Assembly: GCA_028534125.1 (NCBI GenBank)
Contig: CM052816.1
Coordinates: 72,170,001-72,234,000, forward strand
From: Lama glama
Taxonomy: Eukaryota
Direction of reading: 5' to 3'
DNA: 64,000 bases
In this document: piece after piece, positions 38,071 to 50,892 of the stretch
Position numbering within the stretch: the stretch's first letter is position 1
How the letters are laid out: the number at the start of each line of letters is the position of its first letter
Notes under the pieces: model-generated
Seen by the model: only the letters and a program-made list of their open reading frames with translations
Databases searched by the model: none
What the model was told of the DNA's origin: nothing
Translations under genes and position numbers: made by a program

Positions 38071-40359
38071 TTTATAAATACTCTAGTCAGATAGAACTTT
38101 CAAGTTTTTATTTATTAAAAATAAAAAATTTAAAGCTAATTCCTTCAGACTGCATACTATTTTCTTCAAAAAGTCTTTCCTGATTTCTCCAGCTCTTCCC
38201 TAGTCTCCCCATTTCTAGACTGTAAGTTCCCTAAAGGCAGGAATTAGTTTTACTCAACTCAGTAACCACTGCAAAGCTTTAGATAGAGACTGTCTTAACA
38301 TAATGCACAGTGGTTTAAAGGATAATTGTTGGATGGACTTGAAGTCTTAATTATTGCCTTTTATTGCTTTGTTTTAAATTCCTTGAAGTATACATCACCC
38401 CATTACTTATTCTGTTTCCACTGCCCATAAATGGCCCCTGCATAGTGCTGAATATATTAGACGTATTTGGTACATATGCATTGATTAATTGATTTCACTT
38501 TGTTATGACCTTCAACATTTCATGCTTTCTTCACGGAAGAGAAGCATTTCCCCAAGAGTATCCCATGGGATATTATTTTTATATGATATAATGAGATCTC
38601 CCCCCAAAATGGTTCCATATTCAAGCAAATAAGGGGGAAGGAGGAGCAAATAAAGTTGAGTAGGTTTCTCTCTAACTGATGTTGAGTCTGTAATACACGT
38701 AACTAAGAGGGATATGTGGTGTTTCCAAACAGCTTTAGATGACTGAACACTTGGGGTTTGTGTTTGTTTTTTGGCAGTGAATTGTGCGCCATGTAATTAC
38801 AATAATACATTTTTTAAATTCCAGTAAAAACTTCCATTATATGATCTTTTCCGTCTTTGTGATATCAACTGTGAAACAATTTTAACACTCAGCTCACTGG
38901 GCTTTGGAGTAAAACAGTTAGCATCAAACTCTGACTCTCCAACTTCCTAGAAACGGAAACTAGGGCAAGGTATACTGTCTCAGTTGGTTGTTATGTAAAA
39001 TCTCAGTTTTCTTATCTGAAAATGTAGAGAACAATGGCTTCCTAGCCCTTAACAGCGGCAGAGGTTTACATGAGATAAGCATATGCAAAGAGAAATGTAG
39101 AAATTGCTTAGTGAGAATTAATTATTATTAAAGAATTGCTTTTCAAAGTTCTCTCCATCACCCCTATCCACAGTTGACTAATTAATTCCTCCACAGTTCC
39201 TCCAATTTTTCCGGGAGTTTTCTGACTTATTGTCTGTTGTCTGGATGGATTTGTTTTAAGTACGTGGTAAGTCCCTCCACAGGCACTTCCTCTTACTCAT
39301 ACATGTAAGCAACGATGTGCTGGGTGCCTTCTGGGAACCCATACGATTTGAGGCTGAGGAAGGAGCTGGAGGAACGGGGAACAAGTCCCTGCCTGGGGTT
39401 GGGAGGAGGGAGTGCATTTCTTATAATCCAGTCTTGCCTCCTTGAGGTCACATCCAGGGTCACTGTATGTATCAGGAATCATTTGGTTGTATCACAGAAC
39501 TCTAATGCAAATCAGGAAAAGCAAGATTCGACTTGTTGGCTCAGACAACCGGGAAGGATGTTTGGGTGACTTAGCCAACCCAAGCGAGAGCTGGCTGACC
39601 TAGGGGCTCAGGGAATTGACCTGGGGATTCAGCGCAACCCATCTTCTTCTCTCTCTTCCCATTTCCATTTCTGCTCAGTATTTTCATCCTTTCAAGCAAC
39701 AGGGAAAATTGCCCTCTGGTAACCCCAAACCTATAACATTCCAGCTTAGCAAACCCAGGCAGAGGATGGCTTCCTTTCCCCCAGAAACTCTATATGAATC
39801 TCAGCATAAAAATCTCATAATTAGCTGTCTACCTTGGGTCAGGGTTCTTTAGACTGAGTCTGGGGTGTTCATCCATCTTTTAGGGAGTGAAATATCTCGA
39901 AAAATATATTATATTATTCCTTGCGGTTTGGATTTCTTCTCATTTTATTCTCACAGGATAATAGAATACTTGTAAGCTATGTTCTGTGTTGGTGCCCCTC
40001 CTCTGTGCTTACCCTCCCCCAGCCAGAAAACAAAGACGAAACCAAAAACCACACATTCTGTTTGTCTTCCTTTCTTATGATGCTGAGCAAATGTGCTCAG
40101 AGCCTGAGTAATTTGCTCTGTTCCACAGTATTCCTCTTATACTTAGGCTAAAGTGTGAAACACAGAAAACATTCAGTAAATACTTGTTACAGGAAAGAAG
40201 GAGAGGACCCTTCCGCAGTGCGAAATAAAAACAGACATGGGGCATATAACTCAGATTGAGCTGAGGGGGATGTAAGTACCAGTGATGGTGAGTATTGAAG
40301 GCAGAGTAGGAGTCAAGAAAGTGAAGAAGAACATTCCGGGCAGTGGGGAGGCCTGGAGT

Positions 40360-40555
40360 CAGTGGTGTGCCTGAGCTGGCTCCTGTAAGCTGGCAGGACC
40401 AATTGTACACATCTCTTCCCACTCCATATTCAGTGATTCCACATTGGTAGCTTGAAATCAGCTATCATGGGAATATTTACAACAGAAATCAGAATTACCC
40501 CAAAGCAAGGCTTCAACTTTCTTCTCCAGAGAGGGAAACGTGTACCACATCACGG
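40360..40555 (+). mobile_element. MER63-like hAT (Blackjack) non-autonomous element
   Basis: cagtggtgtgc…attgtacacatctcttcccactcc…cacattggtagcttgaaatcagc…atgggaatatttaca matches recalled MER63A. Confidence 0.75.
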
Positions 40556-40756
40556 CATGAAGCATGAGGAGGACAGAATATTCCTGGAGGTGAAGCTAGA
40601 AAGCTACTCAAAAATCAAATCGCGAAGGAACTTACGTGTGAAGCACAGACATCGGAATTTCTCAGCCACTGAACGATTGTGAAGGGGAAAGCACATGACA
40701 TGACTTGCTCAGTATCCGCTGGCTCGAGTTCTTCAACAGTAGCTTTGTATGGCAAA

Positions 40757-41379
40757 CTTGGCAGAAGGTGACAAAAATAGTCACCCTGTATTAAATGCTT
40801 TCAGTTCTATGGAAGTTATTGCCTGTCCAAGCAAATCAATCTTAGCCAACAGCTTAGCCTTGAGCTGTGCCAGGCACAGCCTAAGCTTGATTCCATCAAG
40901 ACCAAGTGTGGCCACAATAGCAGTGCTGCTTTAAATCAGTGCCAGTAGCTCATATATCCCATACAATACAACTCTATTTCCTCCTGCCACCTGGCACACC
41001 AGCCTCCTGAAATGTTGACATTAGCAAACTTCCAACTAAAAAGTTGCCAACTCTTGCCACATTTTTTTTTCTCTCTAAGGTTATTTTACGTGTGGTCCCC
41101 TCTAATAGCAGAGGCATAAACTGAATGGTTTTTCACATTGTTTTCAAATATATGAATATATACAGGGAAAAGTGAGAGAGAGAGAGAGAAGGCAGAAAGG
41201 AGGGAGGGAAGGGAGGAAGGAAAGGAGGAGGGAAAGAAGGAAGGAAGGAAAAAGGAATAGATAGTGTTCTTTCCAGGGCTGTTGAGGTGGAAATTTATAG
41301 CAAAAGCATCAGCAGCACCTTGGCAGAAGGTGACATAAATAGTCACCCTGTAGTAAACGCTTGCAGTTCTAGGGAAGTT
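40757..41379. repeat. Pair of 61-bp direct repeats (40757-40817, 41319-41379)
   Basis: 56/61 identical by manual alignment; each copy contains GGTGAC-N7-GTCACC. Confidence 0.9.
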
Positions 41380-42049
41380 GAATTGGGATGAAACAAGGCA
41401 CTACGTTGGAGCACTCTTTTCAGAGTCGCTTTGTTGGTTTTCATTTAGGGTTTTGCTTTCATAAAAGCATGAGGTGTTATCAGCAGACAGGCTCTCAGAA
41501 ACTTTCTACTTGACTTCACAGCAAAGAGCCTTCTTCCCTTTCCCCTAGTTTCTGATCCCTAAAAGCAGTTTACAGGGTCTTAGTTCCTGAATCTGACTCT
41601 CTCTTCTCTTAGGGTCTTTGGCATTTCTACTGCCCCGTGTAGGGAATACTTGGTGTTTAAAATGATTGTTCTACCTGTTTAAACTTCTTATAGTTTACAA
41701 AGAAAATTTATAATAGAATCAAGAATTAGAATTAATAATGCTATTACTAGTTACTGTCATGGAAAAGTGGTTACAAAACCACTTAGTGAGGATAAACTCA
41801 TTAAAAATGTATGTCTCTTCTCCAATCTTATGAAAAAGAGTCATCTATGAAAAATTGCCATAGGGCAAATTTTTATATATTAAAATATAAGTACCATTAA
41901 CCTTAATAGTATACAATCACTTCAAGAATTAACAGAGCAAACTTATGATACTTGATGTTTGTATTCAAATTTAATGGAATAGATTCCATTATTACTCAAA
42001 AATCCTCCTACCCTCCAATCTGCATGAGACAAGTCTACTTCTTATTGTT

Positions 42050-42446
42050 GCTGGATGTGTGACTGTCTTTGGCCTTCTGCCAGGTACAGTGCACACTGCT
42101 GCCCTTTCCTTTGGGATGGTCCATTGACTTGCTTTGTCCAATAGGTTGTTCACAGGTGTGAAACAAGCAGAAGCTTGAAATGTACTAGTGTGATTAGACG
42201 TGCTCTCTTGCACTTGTACCACCACCATGAGAAGAGCATAACCTAGGTAATCTGTTGGTTCCCAGAAGGATGAGAGACATATAGGGCAGATCTGGCTTCA
42301 GCTTGCAACTTGGAGCCAAGCCCAGTCTCCTCCAGGCTAGATCAGGCACAAACACATAAATGAAAACAAATGATTGCTGTTCTAAGCCACAACGTTTTGA
42401 GTGGATTTGTTACTCAGTGTTATTGTGGTAATTACTGACTGACACA
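42050..42446 (+). mobile_element. MLT1 (MaLR, MLT1H-like) LTR
   Basis: gacttgctttgtccaatag…agcagaagcttgaaatgt…ccatgagaagagcat…tgttctaagccac…tttgttactcag…actgactgacaca. Confidence 0.7.
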
Positions 42447-43123
42447 AACAGTGAAGACAAAACAAATCAATAAAAACAATGCAAACAGTCCACCAGACCA
42501 TTGCTGGTATAAACCAGAAAACGGAGTTTTTTGAAAAGAAAACTTAGCAAAACAATCACCAACTTTATACTTACAAAGATGCCATCATGCCCTCATGGGA
42601 GCTCCCATTTGGTCATGCTCAACCCATGCCTTGTAAGCTGAAAAGACAGTCTGAAATCAAGCTTCTATAGAGTAAAATTCTTTACAGCCGAACAGTTATG
42701 TCTCATAGTGTGCTTGGAAATCACACCAAAATGTTTCAAGTATTTATCTCTGAATGATGTTATTATGAATGTTTTCAATTCTTTCTCTTTATTTTTAAAT
42801 TTTCAATGATTATGTGCATATTGGCATGATTTTCAAACTTTTCAGTTAATTTTAAATAAATTTAGCTTGGTTTTCAAAGTATAGTTTTTAAAGTGATCAC
42901 TTGTTTCCCCTTGGAAAGTTCAGAACTAACAACAAAAATATGAAATGTGAACATTGCTCCACTTCCGTAAGTGAGGTATTTATTTTTCTTTTATTCTATT
43001 TTTCTCAATTCTAAAAGAAAGTATTTCTTTTAAACACGAACTTCTGCAGTAAAATCTTACTTCGAGGGGCCATTTAGATAGTGTTTAGCTGACATCAGTG
43101 GGAGGCGTAAGGGTATGTCTTAC

Positions 43124-43753
43124 TGAAACCAAGCAGGACCCTGCAAGGCTTTCCCAGGGACAGACTTCCCATATCCCTTGTCTCTTATTTATTGAAAAGC
43201 TTTAGCCTCCTAGGCCTTCCCTGTGTTCTAAAAAGGAAATATAATTAGAAAAGTGAGAAAATACAGAAACAAAGGAAAGCAGTCAAGAAAGATAAAATAA
43301 TAATTTAGCCATAAAACAAAGTCAAGGACCTTTAGTTCCTCCTCAGGGACTAAAGGTAATATCCTGAGCCATATCTCTGAGTTATTTTGCAGATACTAAA
43401 ACTCATCAGGTGGAAGAAGGTTACTGCTGACCACCTGCATGCAGACCCCAGACTGGTTGGAACCCAAGGTTGATGATGTTGACTCCCCAAATACCACCCA
43501 GTTACCTCACCACCAACTGTCAGAAGAATGTCCATGAGCTGATCGGGCACACTGTGACCCTCTTTCTCATCTTGTCTTTAAAAACCCTTCCCTGAATGCC
43601 CTCAGACAGTTCAGGTCTTCTGAGTATGAGCTGTCTATTCTCCTTGCTTGGCCCTGCAATAAACAAACACTGTACTTTCCTTCACCACAACCCATTGTCA
43701 ATAAATTGGCTTTTGCATGTCAGGCAGATGGACACAAGTTTGGTTCTGTAACA
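43124..43753 (+). mobile_element. Complete solo LTR, ERV1 (gammaretrovirus-like) class
   Basis: TG…CA termini (tgaaacc…gtaaca), perfect 4-bp TSD TTAC (43120-43123, 43754-43757), TATA-like tttaaaaa ~43577 and AATAAA at 43658. Confidence 0.85.
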
Positions 43754-44763
43754 TTACCAGGGTTCATGAGCAGGGACTTTCTCTTTCATATAAACCTCTC
43801 CCACCCTCTTTCATCCAGTGACATTTTAGGAATGTCATTACCCACCCCTGTGGGCACTGACCGGGGTCACTGGTGATCTGGAGGCACAATGCTGCAGAGG
43901 AATAATCTGTGCAAGGTCACAGAGGGGAAGTTCACCTAGCATCACCCCTGTGGTTAGGCAACATAGTCTGCTTATGTGAGTGCAGGCTGAGTCAGTTCAC
44001 TCAGGTCCAGGTTCCTGGACCCCCAACAATTCCTGTGGCTGCAGGTCTTTGTTGCAACATCCCTCATTCCTGTCTGGGTGACTTTGAATCTAAATTCTTT
44101 CCACGTTCATTATCTTCCCTTCTCTCTCTTCTGATTTCAACCTAAACTATTTTGGATTTTGTTTTGTTTTGGTTTTGGTTTGGGGTTTAGTTTAATGAGA
44201 AGGTGGTAGAAAATTCTGCTTTGCCTTTAAATACCTTGATGCATCTAGAATCTTCTCTATTTCCCTAAGGCATAGAACTTTAGAAACCAAAGCCTGAAAA
44301 ACATTTTTCTCTGCTTTATCTTTTCACATCCCTCCCTAGAGGCAATGGGCACCACAGTGGTCTTAAAAGTACTTGAAAGGGTTGGGTGAGAAGAGAGGGA
44401 AAAAAGTAAAATAAATTAATGGTGCTATAGACATTGACATAGATATAGAGAACTCTCTCTACATACTGAATAAGTTAATGGACATATTATACCCTCATAA
44501 TTCCTTCATAATTATTATTTTTATGTACTAGTTTTTAAAAAACAGCATTTAGCTTTCTTCTTCTAGAAAGGTCTAAGCTTCACCCAGTGCTATTCCCTCT
44601 GATAGGGAGGGCCAAGGGGCTCCTGGAATTAACTATTTTGGAAAATGTGCAGCCAACACATTCCATTCAGCCTCACACCCTTGCCCTTTGCTGCAGCCTT
44701 AACTGATTGAAGCATCCACACTTCTGTGTACTATCATTTCTTCATGACTAACAGATTTTCTTT

Positions 44764-45279
44764 TTTTTAAATTGAAGTATAGTCAGTTTACAATATTGTG
44801 TCAATTTCTGGTGTACAGCATAATGTTTCAGTCATGTATATACATACATATATTCGTTTTCATATTTGTTTTCATTACAGGTTACTCAAGATATTGAATA
44901 TAGGTCCCTGTGCTATACAGAAGACACTTTTTGTTTACCTATTTTATATATAGTAGTTAGTATCTATAAATCTCGAGCTCCCAGTTTATCCCTTCCCACT
45001 CCCTTTTCCCCCTGGTAACCATAAGTTTGTTCTCTATGTCTGTGAGTCTGTTTCCATTTTGTAAATAAGTTCATTTGTGTCTTTTTTTTTCAGATTCCAC
45101 ATATAAATGATATCTTATGGTATTTTTCTTTCTTTTTCTGGCTTACTTCACTTAGAATGATGATCTCCAGGGCCACCCATGTTGCTGCAGATGGCATTAT
45201 TTTGTTCTTTTTTATGGCTGAGTAGTATTCATTGTATAAATATACCACAACTTCTTTATCCAGTCCTCTGTTGATGGAC
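44764..45279 (-). mobile_element. 5'-truncated young L1 with 12-bp TSD
   Basis: Reverse complement of the L1 3' end seen at 7647-8070; TSD CAGATTTTCTTT at 44752-44763 and 45280-45291. Confidence 0.93.
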
Positions 45280-46109
45280 CAGATTTTCTTTCCAGATCCT
45301 TCCTCTCACAGCTCTCCTCCCTCTCCCCTTTCCGTGATGTAGATATCCCCTTCTACTTTCAGTTTCTCCTCTGAAGAAGGACTTATCTCTCCATTGAGAT
45401 TGTTTTATCTTATCTTAACTAAAATCCAGCTTTCCTGGAAAGACACTACAAGCCTTTCTGCCCCAACTAAAATCTCCTCACACTCCAAGCCCAAATCCTT
45501 TTCCTTTTTACTTTCAGATCTACATTGATTAAAACTCCTCTAAAAAGTCCAGTTTCTTTGACTTGTTTTATCTTTTCATATAATGTAATTTTTATTTTTA
45601 TTTAATAAACTATTGCAATTGTGTCAGACACTCAGGAAAAGAGTACCTTATGATGTCCTACCCACTATCCATCCAGGAATTTTAATAAAAGATGTATCTA
45701 TGCTCAAGCTTTTCTTACATACTTCCTTACACTTCATACATTTCTCTTTCTCAACATCATTTTTAAAGAAATAATTGGGTTTTTTTCCTGGACATTATTT
45801 GCCTTTCATGGGCTACTTCATATACCATCTGAAAGCATGATCAAAATCATTATATTTATGAAAATTTTTATTTGGGCTTGTTGGTTTGCTGAAGGAGGAA
45901 TTAACATTACATCTCTAAAGGTCCAGAAACTGCCAAGGATAATATTCCCCCAGTTGAATTTATCTAGAGTTCTCCATCCAAGCACACAATATTTTATAAA
46001 GAAATGTGCCAACCAAATACTAGCCATGCAGTCAAATACAGTTAACCAAGTTCACTTAGCATAACTTTATATGGTTGGGGTGAATATAATGAATTTTGAA
46101 AGAAGTGGC

Positions 46110-46514
46110 TGTTGTAGCACACAACGAGGCAGCTGGTCTGTGGCATGGTGACGTGCGGGGTGGTAAAAATATTTACCAGAGATAAACTATGGGAATAGGA
46201 AAGAGTTTATTAGGGTATGCTGTCACAGGCAACAGCAGGACATACAGGCAAGAGGTGCCTGCATGAACACTGAGGGCCAGTTATTGAAGTCTTTCATAAG
46301 GTCGAGTCACAAGGTACCTGATTGGCTTGTGCAATAGTCTGATTGGTTGTAGGTGAGGTAAGAGGTTTAGGGTCCGTGAAGGGTGGTGGAGTTTGACTCT
46401 GATAAGGTAGGCATTACCTGGGGCTATTAGTTTGTTAGGGAAAACACACACAGTAAAGAATGTCAGACACCTGAGAGCCCAGAAATGGAGGTCGTTGGAC
46501 TTTGAAGGACATCA
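46110..46514 (-). mobile_element. Solo LTR (family unassigned)
   Basis: TG…CA termini; on the minus strand, two CCAAT boxes (46346-46342, 46325-46321), an AT-rich TATA-like stretch ~46298 and AATAAA (46211-46206) in U3-R-U5 order; imperfect flanks gtggc/gttggc. Confidence 0.6.
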
Positions 46515-47765
46515 GTTGGCCCAGCATTGGTCTCTGGAATTAAACAACTGAAAGAGAAGTGTGTCATATAAATACGCATATCCATTAGCAGGGACTGGAG
46601 ACCAAGAATCAAACCGAAGAGAGGTTCTCACGCTTGGGATAGTGAAATTGCAGCAACTTCTTTGAAGTGGAAGCAAGAGGATCTTCCACATCAAGTGCAA
46701 AGCTCCATGTGCTCAATGAGTTTGCATGCCCTAAGCTTTGAAAAGCTTTTAATTAATTCCCAATAAGCTTGTCAGATGTCTATCTACCACATATCAACAA
46801 GCAAATTTACAGTGACATTTGTGAGTTCAATCTCTCCATAAACATTTGACAATATCTTTAATCCCTGTCCATCAAATGATGGTGTATTTAGTTGGTAGAA
46901 TTCTAATTTGATGGTTATCAACTCTTGGAAGATGTTATTTCTCTGTTGCCAGTTCTCACTGCAAATGCAAAAAAGTCTGCAATAATCTAATGCCCTTCTT
47001 TGTAGGTTATCTGCTCTCCTCTCTGGTGGACTCCAAGATATTCCTTTTGTCTTTAGCACCTTGCAGTTTCACTCTGGTGTATCTATGTATGGGTTTATTC
47101 TTACTGAGTTTGCTCAGAGCTTGGAGTACTTCCTGGATCCAAAAGGCCTAGGCATGAAAATGTTACCCCAAAATATCTTCCTGTTGTTTAACTAAAATTT
47201 TTTATTTTATTTGAAATTAAGAAAATGAAAAAAAAACAGTAGCACACATAATACCCACATACCCTTTACCCTACTTGTTAATATTGTTATTATTTTTATC
47301 AAATTTGCATTATCATTTTTTCTCTTTTTCTCTCAGTATTTATCCTAACTTTCAGTCTTTAGACTTAGGTCTTACAGCAACCTGCAACGTGACACTTGGC
47401 TTTGTGCCTGGTGGGCGCAGGGAATTATTTTCTACTATACTAATTCAGCTAAAAAGAATTCTCTATCATTTTTCACCCTATTATCTCTGTATGTTTGAAA
47501 CAGGAGGGAATTCTTCCATGTTAATCAAACTTCAAGCACCAACTTCTCAATGTAAATAAAAAGCTACGTTGCAGCAATTTTAGGAAACTTTACACAGGGG
47601 TCAAAAATAGTCTTATTTTCCTTTCTGTTTACTTTGTTATATTATTATTTTTTGTATTTACGATAGAAGAGTCTGCAATCCAGAAAGAGTAGAAAGGAAG
47701 AGAGAGTTGAGATTTTTTTTTCCCTTTTGCTCTCCACATACCAAGAAAGGATGTCTGTCTCTGTC

Positions 47766-47801
47766 TCACACACACACACACACACACACACACAACACAC
47801 A
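47766..47801. repeat. (CA)n microsatellite
   Basis: About 14 pure CA units plus an interrupted tail. Confidence 0.95.
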
Positions 47802-47806
47802 TATCC

Positions 47807-48203
47807 TGTATTCATTTGCTAGATTTGCTACGACATTTATCACAGACTGGGTCACTTACACAACAGAATTTGTTTTCTCACAGTTCTGGAGGCTAGAAGT
47901 CCAAGGACAAGGCGTCAGCAGGGTTGATTTCATTCTGAGGCCTCTCTCCTCAGCTTGTAGATGGCCACCTTTTTTCTCCCTGTGTCCTCATAGGATCTTT
48001 TCTCCCTGTGCATGCAAGTCTGTGCCCAACTTTCCTCTTGTAATACAGACATCAGTCCTATAGGTTTAGGTACCATCTATATGACCTCATTTTCCTTAAT
48101 TACATCTTTAAAGTCCCTATCTCCAAATGAAGTCACATTCTGAGGTACTAGGGGTTAGGATTTCCACACATGATTTGGGGAAAGGCATAATTCAGCCTGT
48201 AAC
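47807..48203 (-). mobile_element. MLT1A/B-like MaLR LTR
   Basis: ctcacagttctggaggctagaagtccaag…atgacctcatt…ctatctccaaat…gtcacattctgaggtactaggggttagga…aattcagcc. Confidence 0.85.
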
Positions 48204-49692
48204 CTAGCCTACATATCCTACAATATATCCATATTATACTAATCATATCCTATCACATATTATATATATAATGTATATATATATAATATACACACACATA
48301 TATTTAATCCCTTGATGAACTTTCTCACTCTAATGATAATTGAAGGAAAAGCTTCATGTGACTATCCCTTTTGTATGAGTAAGAATTCTGTCTGCCCTTA
48401 AAATAAGAATGAAGTAGAAAGAAATCCATTTAGGGAGCAATAAGAAAAAATTCTAAGTCAGGATTTCAGTGTGATATCATCATTTTTTTCCAGGGGTCAA
48501 ATATCAGAGTGTGGGGCATGCCATAATGACAGAATTTTTCAGAGCCATATTTCAAATCCAGTTATACTGGCTCACTTTCTCATAGCTCCAGCAGTCAGTT
48601 GAAGAACTGAGCTAAAAATCAGTCTTTTCTGTATCAGCATAGTTGCACAGAATCTGACTCTAATCCTGAATTTCTTCTCTGTAATAACTTGTTTCCAAAT
48701 ATGGGCCTCAATTTTTTCCTGTTAGAAAGCCAATTTGATACTTAAAAAAATAATAAGACATGAATAGAAATTTGGAAAAAAATAACTGGCAAGGCAAAGT
48801 GAAACCATTCATTCATTCACTTGTTTGCTTCATTATTAATACAGCCTCTTGGGGATTAATTGGATATTCTTTTATAAATATCTTTCAGTTTTTCATAAGT
48901 ATATATAGTTTACATTTTCAAGTAAGCTACAAATTCTCTAAGGAAAGGTCTGTAATTTCCATTTCTTTTGACTCCCTTATATTAATTGGTAAGCACACAC
49001 AGTTGGGTGAATGTTTATAATAACTATCACAGATTAATAATTCTTCCAGTAAATATTTTGCATCATTTCCTAATTTCCTGGCTTGATGCTATGTTCTGGG
49101 GAGTGCAGAGATTAATACACTCCCTACCGTCCAGCAAATTTCTTGGAGACAGACATGAAAAAACAAGTGCTATAAATGTTCCAGGCATTGTAATAGAAAT
49201 CTCAAAAGGAAATGGCTCTTGTAGAGGCAGAGTGCTCAAGTTCAGATTCACGTTGTCTAGATTTGAATTCCGGCCTCACTACTTTTTTTTTTTTTTAATG
49301 ATTTTAAGAAAATTTCTTAAGTTCTTTAAACTCCGGTTTCCTCATCATTAAGACAGTGATGATAAATAGTACTTATAGGATTATTATAAGGGTCAAAAGC
49401 AATTATTCACAAATGAAATTTCCTCAGGGCCTCACACTGCCAATGTTTTTGTTTGCTCAATAATCAAACGGGAAAAAGACTATTTATTTCTGAAGAAAAC
49501 TTCCTGTAGGTGCTCTGAAGGGGGGTCTGGAAGATTCCAAACTTAGCAATATTAATGGCAAAGAATAAAAATTAGTTTACATAAAATATTTTTAAAAATC
49601 TTTATAAACAGCAAGAAATTCCATAATTATTGGTAAAAAGATAAATTGAGAAAAATTATTAGAATTATATATAGCAGATAAAAAGGTCATTT

Positions 49693-49833
49693 AAAAATTA
49701 TTATTCTTTTTAAGTTTTTGTGAAGGAGGAGGTTTATTTATTTACTTATTTTAGAGGAGGTCCTGGGGATTGAACACAGGACCTTATGCATACTAAGCAT
49801 GTGCTCTTATCTCTTGAGCTATACCCTCCCCTC
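49693..49833 (-). mobile_element. tRNA-derived camelid SINE (Vic-1-like)
   Basis: Minus head GGGGAGGGTATAGCTCA…GTTCAATCCCCAG with A/B boxes and AT-rich tail; 13-bp TSD AAAAAGGTCATTT (49680-49692, 49834-49846). Confidence 0.88.
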
Positions 49834-49920
49834 AAAAAGGTCATTTTTTTAAACTTAGAAATTATTAAGAAAACAGTGAAGAAACCAATATACAAAAGGG
49901 ATAGATGATATCGATAAGTA

Positions 49921-50339
49921 CCCGTATCCCCCACTTTTCCAAAGTTCTCTTTATGCCACTTTGCTTTTTACAAAAGACCTAATTAGTACCTGTTTTTTCA
50001 CTAACCGAAAGAAATTCAAAGATTTTTGCTTTTATGCAGAAAGGTAAAAGGCAAAAATAGCATTCAGTGTTAGTTTTGCAGAAAGCCGTTACAGAGGCAT
50101 TCAGCACCCCTAGCAGTGAGAGTGGCACCACCAAGCTCCTACCTGGGAACTACACTCAGTGTCTCAGCACCAATCCACTGCTAGCTTCAAACTGGGTCTG
50201 TGAGCATCTGTGTTTTATCTCAGTTTATTTTGTGGGTCATTAGCAAGATACGTCCTAGGTGACTGCTTTACTTTACGCCATTTTGGCTTAGGAAAGTTTT
50301 CACAGGAACAATTTGCCTTTGAATAGCAGGGGAAACTTG
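49921..50339. mobile_element. Tc1/mariner (Tigger-like) non-autonomous DNA transposon
   Basis: TA on both sides (49919-49920, 50340-50341); imperfect ~24-bp terminal inverted repeats cccgtatcccccacttttccaaag vs caagtttcccctgctattcaaag. Confidence 0.7.
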
Positions 50340-50750
50340 TATTATATAGAAAAAGAGAAACAATAGAGAAAGAGAAGAAAATTACCAATGAATATGTGAA
50401 AATATGCTCAACCTCACTGATAATTCTAAGTATGTAAATCAAATAGCATTGGACTGTCATTTTTCAACTAATAATTTGGCAAAACTTATATTTGATAATA
50501 TCTAGGGTCATTGACTACTTGGTTGAGAACCAGGTTATACTCACACATACACTTAGAAAGTGTGTATACTGATTAAATCTTTTGGTGTACAATTTAATGG
50601 CATCTATCAAAATTAACAGCATATATTCTCTTTGACAGAGCATCCTATGATATATGTGCAAAAATATATGTGTAAGAATTGCTCATTGCAGTGTTGTTTG
50701 CAAGGGTAAACTGGAAACAATCTAAATAACCATTGATAAGATACTAGGTA

Positions 50751-50892
50751 GTAGTGACCTATAATAAAAAGCATACGAAAACGAACATATGTATATATAC
50801 GTATGACTGAAACATTATGCTGTACACCAGAAATTGACACAACATTGTAAACTGACTATAGTTCAATGATAGAAAAAAAAAGAAAAAAAAGA
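50751..50892 (+). mobile_element. Short young L1 3' end nested in older L1M sequence (~50350-51250)
   Basis: …tgctgtacaccagaaattgacacaacattgtaaactgactatagttcaat + A-tail; flanked by degraded L1M motifs (atgctcaacctcact, atgttcaatctcactaag). Confidence 0.85.

Noticed and set aside
29843..41379. Direct repeats as a CRISPR-like array
   Set aside because: Only two copies in each case, no regular repeat-spacer series, no cas genes, mammalian context.
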